In this document: piece after piece, positions 27,153 to 34,330 of the stretch | Numbering within the stretch: position 1 is the stretch's first letter | Layout of the letters: each line of letters opens with the position of its first letter | Source of the DNA: Nitrosopumilus sp. | GTDB lineage: Archaea; Thermoproteota; Nitrososphaeria; Nitrososphaerales; Nitrosopumilaceae | Length of the DNA stretch: 34,330 bases | Direction of reading: 5' to 3' | NCBI GenBank assembly: GCA_029941825.1 | Contig: JAPYTM010000002.1 | Coordinates: 1 to 34,330, forward strand | Notes under the pieces: generated by a model | Database searches by the model: none | Told to the model about the DNA's origin: nothing | Seen by the model: the letters and a program-made list of their open reading frames with translations, nothing else | Translations under genes and position numbers: made by a program

Positions 27153-27776
27153 TTATTCGATTTCCTCTTCGGTAATCTTTGTTTCAAAATCATCGATTTC
27201 ATATTTCATCGATTCATTTTCTTTTAGTTCTCCTCTTTCAATGAGAATTTGACGTACCAATAACCAGTAAACAGTTGCTAAAGCTTTTCTTCCTCTATTG
27301 TTTGCTGGAATAATCACATCCAAATTTGATGTAATGTTATCTGTATTTGCAATTCCTATAACTGGAATACCTGCATTTGTTGCCTCAATAATTGCTTGTT
27401 CATCAACTTGAGGATCTGAAATAAAGACTAATTTTGGTTCAATGTAATATGGTAATGATGGATTTGTTAGAGTACCTGGCATGAATCTTCCAAGTAATTT
27501 CTTTGAATCTAACATTTCACAGAATTTCTCAATTGGTGTTTCTGCATATTGTCTACCTGAACAAACGATAAGTTTGTCTGTTCCTAATCTATTGATAAAT
27601 TTGGCTGCAGTTTTTATTTTTTCTAATGTAATGTCTATGTCAAGCATGTACAATCCTTCTGGACTAGCTTGTGTGATGAATGATTTCATAAATTTTGTTT
27701 TTACTTGAGTACCTACTCTAATTCCTGTGGTTAGAACCTTCTTTTTGATATCTGTTGGTTCAGCTTGTTGACTCAT
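27153..27776 (-). CDS. rps2: 30S ribosomal protein uS2
   Basis: GRFMPGTLTN, DEQAIIEA, IPANNRGRKAL. Confidence 0.96.
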   Translation of the reverse strand: MSQQAEPTDIKKKVLTTGIRVGTQVKTKFMKSFITQASPEGLYMLDIDITLEKIKTAAKFINRLGTDKLIVCSGRQYAETPIEKFCEMLDSKKLLGRFMPGTLTNPSLPYYIEPKLVFISDPQVDEQAIIEATNAGIPVIGIANTDNITSNLDVIIPANNRGRKALATVYWLLVRQILIERGELKENESMKYEIDDFETKITEEEIE

Positions 27777-27783
27777 GACGATT

Positions 27784-29022
27784 TTAAATCTCTGCCATAC
27801 CGCGTATTAAACCATGCCCTGATAGACGTAATAATTCATTAAGTTTAGCTACTCTTTCTCCTCCAACGATGCCAACTTTGAGCATTTTTGACTTTGTTGC
27901 TATTCCTATGTGGGATATTTGTGAATCAATTGATTCACCCGATCTGTGTGATGTGATTAATCTGATATTATTTTGATTTGCCACATTAGCAAATTCAAGA
28001 GCGTCATAAAGGCTCCCTGCTTGGTTAACTTTTAGAATTGCAGCATTACATGATTTTGAATCAATTGCTTTTGTTAGAATATCTTTGTTTGTAACTATCA
28101 AATCATCCCCTGTAATCAAAACATTTGGAAATTTGGCAGTTAGTTCTGACATATCTTGAAATGCTTCTTCATGAACTGCATCTTCTGCATAAATTAATTT
28201 ATATTTTTCAATAATGTTTGCTGCAAAATCAATTTGTTCTCCAGTAGAATTTTCAAATCCAGCTCTATCGTAAACATACTTTTGTTTTTCTTCATTCCAT
28301 TGTGTGGATGCTGCAAAGTCTACTCCTATTGATACTTCTTTTCCTAACGTGAATCCTAAACTCTCACAAGCCTTTACCGAAATCTCTAGAGCCTTCTGAT
28401 TTTCTAATTTTGGTGCCCATCCTCCTTCATCACCTCTTCCGTTTGTAAAGTTTGGATCTTCTTTTTCTAAAATACTGCGTAATTCTTTGTGTACTGCTAA
28501 ATTGGTTTCAATGGCTTCTTCAATAGTTTTTGAACCTGTTGCACAAATTAAAATTTCTTGAATATCTGGAGTTCCAGGTCCTGCATGTGCACCACCACCT
28601 AAAATATTTCCTAACGGAAATGGAAATTTGAATGATGATTCTGATGATAATGTCTTAAACAATGGGTCTCCTGCAGCTTTTGATGCTGATTCAGTTGATG
28701 CAATTGTAATTGCAAAAGCTAGTGCTCCTCCAATGATTGAATAGTTTACAGAGTTATCCAAACCTTTCAAAGTATCGTGGATGGATTTTAAATCTGAAGA
28801 TTCTAATCCGATAAATTTTTGATAATTTTCTTTTAAAATTCTAAGACTTTCTTCAGGTTTTCCTTTTGGAAAACTCACTGCTTCATATTTTCCAACACTT
28901 GCACCCGAAGGGGCACAAACTCTTCCTAGAAATTTTCCATCTGATTCAACATCTACCTCAATTGTTTTACTACCTCTACTATTGTATAGAATACGTCCTT
29001 CAATTGAAGTAATTTTAGACAA
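27784..29022 (-). CDS. eno: Enolase
   Basis: SRGSKTIEV, PSGAS, GGAHA, IQE, GDEGG, TGDDL, LKVNQAG, SHRSGE; TTG start. Confidence 0.93.
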   Translation of the reverse strand: MSKITSIEGRILYNSRGSKTIEVDVESDGKFLGRVCAPSGASVGKYEAVSFPKGKPEESLRILKENYQKFIGLESSDLKSIHDTLKGLDNSVNYSIIGGALAFAITIASTESASKAAGDPLFKTLSSESSFKFPFPLGNILGGGAHAGPGTPDIQEILICATGSKTIEEAIETNLAVHKELRSILEKEDPNFTNGRGDEGGWAPKLENQKALEISVKACESLGFTLGKEVSIGVDFAASTQWNEEKQKYVYDRAGFENSTGEQIDFAANIIEKYKLIYAEDAVHEEAFQDMSELTAKFPNVLITGDDLIVTNKDILTKAIDSKSCNAAILKVNQAGSLYDALEFANVANQNNIRLITSHRSGESIDSQISHIGIATKSKMLKVGIVGGERVAKLNELLRLSGHGLIRGMAEI

Positions 29023-29023
29023 G

Positions 29024-29260
29024 TTAGTCTAGTTCAGATTGAACTTCTTGTCTTCTTCTTTCAATTGCTTCATAAAATGGAATTACTTGTTGAATTGATT
29101 CTACAGTAGTCAAAAGCATTCGTCTGCAACAGTATCTCTCCATTTTCAAAGAATCAAGAACCTTTGTTGCATCTTCTCCTGCTTTGATTTTATTTTGAAA
29201 ATCCTCAAATTTATCGGCAACTACATTTCCACATGTAAAGCATCTAACAGGAACTAACAT
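29024..29260 (-). CDS. rpoN: DNA-directed RNA polymerase subunit N (Rpo10)
   Basis: MLVPVRCFTCG, RYCCRRM. Confidence 0.97.
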   Translation of the reverse strand: MLVPVRCFTCGNVVADKFEDFQNKIKAGEDATKVLDSLKMERYCCRRMLLTTVESIQQVIPFYEAIERRRQEVQSELD

Positions 29261-29282
29261 ACGAACAAAAAATCATCAAGGA

Positions 29283-29290
29283 TTATAAAA
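29283..29290. promoter_or_regulatory. Candidate bidirectional TATA element between rpoN and tRNA-Leu
   Basis: TTATAAAA lies 22-29 nt from the tRNA 5' end and 23-30 nt from the rpoN ATG on the other strand. Confidence 0.5.
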
Positions 29291-29311
29291 ACCATACAAG
29301 AAAATTTTGTT

Positions 29312-29396
29312 GCGGGTGTCGCCCAGCCTGGCCAAAGGCGCTAGCTTGAGGGGCTAGTCTCTTAGGAGTACGTGGGTTCAAATCCCATCGCCCGCA
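29312..29396 (+). tRNA. tRNA-Leu(GAG)
   Basis: Acceptor GCGGGTG/CGCCCGC+A, anticodon arm CTAGC-TTGAGGG-GCTAG, long variable arm, GTGGG-TTCAAAT-CCCAT. Confidence 0.96.
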
Positions 29397-29411
29397 TATA
29401 TTATTTTAAAA

Positions 29412-30035
29412 TTATTTCTCTAGTTTCTGCAAAATTTGTATTAGTTCAGTTCGTCTACGTTCTTCTGTAATGATAGATCTAACATCATCTACAAGAATTC
29501 TATTTACATCAATTTTTCTTCTAGCTTCTTTTACTACTTTATCATACATTGAAAAAGTGTAAAGATGAAGATAGAGATTTTCCATTATCTCAAAAATTTT
29601 TGTTGCATCATCAACATCCCCAATTCTGATTTTATCAAATACCATTCTTTTTAATTCACCAACACAGTCTAGTAATCCTAAAACATATGATTCTGGCATT
29701 ACAGATAATTTTTTATCTGAAGGAATTTGTTTTTTTTCAACAATTGCAATAAGACATGCAGCTTCCACAAATTCTTGTTCAGGGGTAATTAAATATCTCC
29801 TTAGTTGACCCGTTGCTTTTTTCTTATATTTTTTTAAGAGTACCTCCGCTTGTTTTAAATTATTTTTCCCTGTTTTCAACTCCCCTTTATGAACTGCAAT
29901 AATTGATCTGCTACATAGAATTATTATTTCTCTTGTATTTTTTAATAAAAATTCTCTTGAATCTTGAACTTTTTCTAGAGATTTTGCAATTTTGTTTAGT
30001 GATGGTTTTACATTCTTTAATGTCATGCTTGACAT
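29412..30035 (-). CDS. Translin/TRAX (C3PO)-family protein
   Basis: SRE...SRSIIAVH, QEFVEA, YVLGLLDCVGELKR, RRKID. Confidence 0.85.
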   Translation of the reverse strand: MSSMTLKNVKPSLNKIAKSLEKVQDSREFLLKNTREIIILCSRSIIAVHKGELKTGKNNLKQAEVLLKKYKKKATGQLRRYLITPEQEFVEAACLIAIVEKKQIPSDKKLSVMPESYVLGLLDCVGELKRMVFDKIRIGDVDDATKIFEIMENLYLHLYTFSMYDKVVKEARRKIDVNRILVDDVRSIITEERRRTELIQILQKLEK

Positions 30036-30100
30036 TGTCTGAAAACTAGGATAAAGCCGTTTGCTAAACTCTTATTTTGGTTATGATTTTCATGTAAAGT

Positions 30101-30748
30101 ATGGAAATTACAGTTGATCAAATGTATAACATTGAAAACAAAGGCCATGACATGGGCTTTTTAAAAAAATTTATGATGGAAAATGCAGGAGCTGCTGCAG
30201 TTCGACGATTAGTAAATAAACTTGAAAATGTAGCCTCAAAAAATATTCTAATTTTTGTAGGATTGGGAAATAATGGTGGTGATGGTTTAGTGATGGCAAG
30301 ACATCTGGTTGGTTATGGTGCAAATGTCACAGTGATACTTCTTGGTACTCCTGATAAAATCAAAACTGATGAGAGTAATTGGAATTGGTCCCTCTTACAA
30401 AAAATGCCTTCTGTGAAATTATTGTCTGGTGACACTTTTGACTTTAATTTCAAACCTGATGTGGTTATTGATGGTATTTTGGGTACGGGAATTACTGGAG
30501 ATATTAGAGAACCATATGCCTCTGCAATTAATTTTATCAATAACACAAACTGTTACAAATTTGCAGTAGATGTGCCATCTGGATTGGATCCTCAAACAGG
30601 AGAAACTGCAAATATTTTTACAAAATGTGACATGACAGTTACATTCCATAAGATGAAGCAAGGAATTCCTAAGAGAAAAGATTTGACTGGTGAACTATAT
30701 GCAGAAAAAATTGGAATTCCACCTGAAGCTGAAGAGGGAATTCTTTGA
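30101..30748 (+). CDS. nnrE: NAD(P)HX epimerase (stand-alone YjeF-N)
   Basis: MMENAG, GNNGGDG, DGILGTG, AVDVPSG, TVTFH, IGIP. Confidence 0.92.
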   Translation: MEITVDQMYNIENKGHDMGFLKKFMMENAGAAAVRRLVNKLENVASKNILIFVGLGNNGGDGLVMARHLVGYGANVTVILLGTPDKIKTDESNWNWSLLQKMPSVKLLSGDTFDFNFKPDVVIDGILGTGITGDIREPYASAINFINNTNCYKFAVDVPSGLDPQTGETANIFTKCDMTVTFHKMKQGIPKRKDLTGELYAEKIGIPPEAEEGIL

Positions 30749-31353
30749 AAGTACATCAAGTCCAAGTTGGAAATATGCAAAATTTTTCTTACATTGTAGA
30801 GGATGATGAAACAAATAATGCAATCATTATAGATCCTTCATGGGATCTAATTGAATTAGAATCAATTATTAAAAAAAATGATCTAAAAGTAAAATACATT
30901 GTTAACACACATCACCATTTTGATCATACATTGGGAAATGAGGCAATGGTTGAATCAACCAAAGCTCCAATTATCCAACATGAACTTTCAGAATTAAAAT
31001 ATGATATTTCCGTAAAAGATGGTGATTTTATAGATTTTGGTAATTCAAAATTAAAAGTACTTCATACTCCTGGTCACTCTAAGGATAGTATTTGTTTGAT
31101 TGGTGATGGAAAACTTTTTTCAGGTGATACACTATTTGTTGGAAATTGTGGGAGAATAGATTTACCTGGAGGTAGTGCAAAAGAACTCTATCATAGTCTT
31201 TTTGATGTACTTTATTCATTAGAAGACGATTTGATTATGTATCCTGGGCATAATTATGGACATTCAGATGTATCTACAATTGGTCAAGAAAAAACTACTA
31301 ACATGATAATGCAAAAAAGAACTGAGCAACAGTTTATTGAAATGATGGGTTAG
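30745..31353 (+). CDS. Metallo-beta-lactamase-fold hydrolase (glyoxalase II/GloC-like)
   Basis: THHHFDH, HTPGHS, FSGDTLF, GRIDLPGG, YPGH; TTG start. Confidence 0.9.
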   Translation: MKVHQVQVGNMQNFSYIVEDDETNNAIIIDPSWDLIELESIIKKNDLKVKYIVNTHHHFDHTLGNEAMVESTKAPIIQHELSELKYDISVKDGDFIDFGNSKLKVLHTPGHSKDSICLIGDGKLFSGDTLFVGNCGRIDLPGGSAKELYHSLFDVLYSLEDDLIMYPGHNYGHSDVSTIGQEKTTNMIMQKRTEQQFIEMMG

Positions 31354-31360
31354 TAAAATT

Positions 31361-32419
31361 TTGGAAAATTTTAAACTATTTGGAAATATTGATCGAGCTC
31401 AAAATTTCCTTGAATCTATAAAATCTGGAAAATCTCTTTTTTCATTTGTAATTTCTTATACTGAAACCTGTGAAATTCCTGGAATTACTTTTGCAGGTGC
31501 TGATAAGAATTCTATTCAATTTACTCCACCAGCTGATGCTGAATATCTTCATTATGGATATTGTAAAACAATTGATAAAATTCCCATGACTCCTGATGGA
31601 AAACCAACTCCTGGATTATTGACAAAAACTGCTTTAGAATCATCAAGCATTCCTCATTTAACAATTAATGCTGGAAGTAAAATTTCACCACAATTGCCTT
31701 TTATTGAAACAGGATTATCTTTTGGAAAGAATATTTTAACTAAAGATGCAATGACTGATTCTCAGGTATCACATGCAGTTGATTTTGGAAGAATTGTTGG
31801 ACGAAGTTTAGCATCTTTAACTGATTGTTTGATTATTGGTGAAAGTATTCCTGGTGGAACTACTACTGCTTTAGCTGTTTTACGAGCATTTGGTTATGAT
31901 GCTAAAGTAAGTTCTAGTATTCCAGACAATCCTGTTGAATTAAAAAATAAAATTGTTGAATCTGCAATGAAACGAATAAACTCTGATCATCCATACAGTA
32001 TTGTTGCAAAAGTAGGTGATCCTATGATTCCTTTTGTTGCCGGAATGCTTAGTTCCGCATCTGGAGTTTCTAAAGTAATGTTAGCTGGTGGAACTCAAAT
32101 GAGTGCAGTGTTGGCATTTGCGTCAAAAATTGGATTTAATGAAGAAAATACCGCTATTGGAACAACTTCATACATTACTAATGATGAAAGTGCAAATTTC
32201 AAAGATCTCGTCCAGGATATAGTGGATATTCCAATAATTTCAGTAGATCCAGGCTTGAAAAATTCACGTTATTCTGGATTAAGGGCATTCTCAGAAGGAT
32301 TTGCAAAAGAAGGAGTTGGTGCAGGTGGTAGTATTATTTCATCGATGCTCAAAACAGGAAATGACTCTGCAAAATTTTTAGATTTAGTTGAAGCAGAATA
32401 TGGGAGATTATTTACTTGA
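31361..32419 (+). CDS. cobT: Archaeal nicotinate-nucleotide:dimethylbenzimidazole phosphoribosyltransferase
   Basis: IPGITFAG, TPPADAE, GESIPGGTTTA, LAGGTQM, KEGVGAGG; TTG start. Confidence 0.85.
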   Translation: MENFKLFGNIDRAQNFLESIKSGKSLFSFVISYTETCEIPGITFAGADKNSIQFTPPADAEYLHYGYCKTIDKIPMTPDGKPTPGLLTKTALESSSIPHLTINAGSKISPQLPFIETGLSFGKNILTKDAMTDSQVSHAVDFGRIVGRSLASLTDCLIIGESIPGGTTTALAVLRAFGYDAKVSSSIPDNPVELKNKIVESAMKRINSDHPYSIVAKVGDPMIPFVAGMLSSASGVSKVMLAGGTQMSAVLAFASKIGFNEENTAIGTTSYITNDESANFKDLVQDIVDIPIISVDPGLKNSRYSGLRAFSEGFAKEGVGAGGSIISSMLKTGNDSAKFLDLVEAEYGRLFT

Positions 32420-34172
32420 CTGTAACTGATTTTGCTAAATTTCTTGGATAATCTGGATCTGTGTTTTTCTCAAGAGCTGCATAGTATGATAACAATTGAA
32501 TTGGAATAATTTCTGAAATTGGATACAACACTTCGTCTATTTTTGGTATCTTAATCCAATAATCGTAAATATCACTTTCTATATCTGACACTCCGATAAT
32601 TTTAGCTCCGCGAGTTTTGATCTCTCTTGCACTTGTTAGTGTGTCTGAATATGTTGAATCATTTGGATTAATGACTATTACAAATACATTTGAATCCATT
32701 AATGCCAGAGGTCCATGTTTTAATTCCCCGCCTGGTATTCCTTCTGCATGAATGTATGTTAGTTCTTTGAGTTTTAATGCCGCCTCTATTGCAATAGGGT
32801 AATTAATTCCTCGACCTAAAATGTAGATATCTGAAATTTCTTTCAACTCTTTTGCAATTTGTTGAATTTTAGTGGGATCTTCTAATATTTTCAAAATTGA
32901 TTTTGCAAAATTTTTAAAATTAATTGTGATGTTATTGTTACTTAATTTTTGAACGATTTTGTAGAGTATTACAAGCTGTGATGTGAAACTCTTTGTTGCT
33001 GCAACTCCTATTTCTGGTCCACAATTCATTCCAATCACTATGTCTGATTTGCGTGCAAGTGATGATGTGGGGAAATTCACGATGGATATGATTTTGCAAT
33101 TTGCTTCTTTTGCAATTCTTACTGCATCTAAGACGTCTGCACTTTCTCCACTCTGAGATATTGCAATTAGTATAGAATTTTCTTCAATGATATCTGGTGA
33201 AAATCGGAGTTCACTTGAAATAATTGCATCTGTCTTGATTTTAGCATATTTTGATAGAATTTGCTTTGCAATAAGTGCAGAATTATAACTTGTACCACTT
33301 CCTGTTATGTAGGTATTTTTTGCATGTTTGATGTGGTCTGCTGTTTTTATGATTGCGTCATTTGTTTTTTCACCAGCTTTCAAAATTGTTTCATGTTGTT
33401 CATAGATTTCTTTTAATGTAAAATGTGCGTACTCTCCTTTGTATGTATCACCAAATTCTTTTGAAACTTTTGTAATTTCATATTTTACATTGTTACCATC
33501 AAAATCTAAAATTTGAAATTTTTCTTTGTCTAAAATTACAAAACTCCCACTTTTCATATAAATTGCATCATCTGTATATTCAATAAACCCTAAAACATCA
33601 CTTGACAAAAAGACGTCATTTTTTCCAACTCCAATTATTAATGGTTCATGAAATCTTGCTGCTGCAAGTTGACCATTTTCAAACATTGCAACAAATGCGT
33701 ACTCTCCTTTGATCTCTGAAACAGTTTTCATTACTGTTTCTTTAACATTTTCTGTTAATTCATAATTTTTTTGTAACAAGTTTGCAATAACTTCACTGTC
33801 TGTTTCACTTTTGAAATTATACCCTTCACTTTCCAATTCCTTTTTTAATTCTTCAAAATTTTCTATAATTCCATTATGTACTATTGCAATTTTTCCAGAA
33901 TTACTTGGATGTGGGTGTGCATTAACATCGGTAACTTTTCCATGAGTTGCCCATCTAGTGTGGCCAATCCCTACTTTTCCTGGCAATGTGTCTAGTTGAA
34001 TTTTTGAATTTACTTCATTTACTTTTCCAATTCCTTTTTTTAATTCGATTTGATTATCTGATTCTGTTGCAATTCCAACACTGTCGTATCCTCTATACTC
34101 CATTCTTTTAAGCCCCTTTACAATGATGGGTGCTGCAACTTCTTTTCCAGAGTAGCCGATAATTGAACACAT
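32412..34172 (-). CDS. glmS: Glutamine--fructose-6-phosphate aminotransferase
   Basis: N-terminal Cys, EYRGYDS, GHTRWATHG, HNGII, SQSGE, ELKHGP, PRNLAKSVT. Confidence 0.97.
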   Translation of the reverse strand: MCSIIGYSGKEVAAPIIVKGLKRMEYRGYDSVGIATESDNQIELKKGIGKVNEVNSKIQLDTLPGKVGIGHTRWATHGKVTDVNAHPHPSNSGKIAIVHNGIIENFEELKKELESEGYNFKSETDSEVIANLLQKNYELTENVKETVMKTVSEIKGEYAFVAMFENGQLAAARFHEPLIIGVGKNDVFLSSDVLGFIEYTDDAIYMKSGSFVILDKEKFQILDFDGNNVKYEITKVSKEFGDTYKGEYAHFTLKEIYEQHETILKAGEKTNDAIIKTADHIKHAKNTYITGSGTSYNSALIAKQILSKYAKIKTDAIISSELRFSPDIIEENSILIAISQSGESADVLDAVRIAKEANCKIISIVNFPTSSLARKSDIVIGMNCGPEIGVAATKSFTSQLVILYKIVQKLSNNNITINFKNFAKSILKILEDPTKIQQIAKELKEISDIYILGRGINYPIAIEAALKLKELTYIHAEGIPGGELKHGPLALMDSNVFVIVINPNDSTYSDTLTSAREIKTRGAKIIGVSDIESDIYDYWIKIPKIDEVLYPISEIIPIQLLSYYAALEKNTDPDYPRNLAKSVTVK

Positions 34173-34224
34173 AACTATTCTCTTTGATAATTGGGGTTAT
34201 TTACTGATAAACTTATTTTTTTAA

Positions 34225-34330
34225 TTATTTTGTTGAAGTCTTCTCATCTTTTGTTGCTCCTTCAGCAGTTGCCTCTGTTGCTCCTTCAGCAGTTGCCTCT
34301 GTTGCTCCTTCAGCAGTTGCCTCTGTTGCT
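34225..34330 (-). CDS. 3' end of a gene entering from the right edge, with an acidic Ala/Thr/Glu repeat tail
   Basis: Open frame (ATEATAEG)x3-ATKDEKTSTK-TAA, followed by a T-poor/A-rich then AT-rich spacer before glmS. Confidence 0.75.
   Translation of the reverse strand, partial: ATEATAEGATEATAEGATEATAEGATKDEKTSTK
34252..34330. repeat. Perfect 24-bp coding tandem repeat, at least 3.3 copies
   Basis: TGTTGCTCCTTCAGCAGTTGCCTC at 34252, 34276 and 34300, partial at 34324; runs off the window. Confidence 0.95.

Noticed and set aside
34252-34330. CRISPR-like 24-bp repeats
   Set aside because: Units are head-to-tail with no spacers and translate in frame as a protein tail

Overview
AT-rich, densely coding archaeal core-genome window. 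Gene content and order point to a marine ammonia-oxidising archaeon (Nitrosopumilus-like; inference). It holds the end of the complex I operon (nuoL, nuoN), two polyprenyl synthases, a CADD-like diiron protein, pyrE, a degenerate LarA-like protein, a site-2 protease, an Ard1/RimI acetyltransferase, Trm5, ABCE1, a stand-alone 5S rRNA and PepA. A non-oxidative pentose phosphate operon (TktN-Rpe fusion, TktC, transaldolase) and CorA follow, then the conserved rpoN-eno-rps2-mvk-ipk-idi-GGPPS-gltX cluster, translin, NnrE, an MBL hydrolase, CobT, GlmS and four tRNAs (Glu-UUC, CAU probably Ile2, His-GUG, Leu-GAG). I saw no mobile element, CRISPR array or defence island. Three elements are not called by the ORF track: a dual-guide box C/D sRNA (4513-4577) complementary to 23S rRNA H69-H71, a 26-aa single-TM ORF upstream of corA, and a 42-aa C2H2 zinc-finger ORF after the 5S gene. 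A small basic protein with three RGTG repeats is also notable. All family assignments come from motif recognition by eye; no searches were run.
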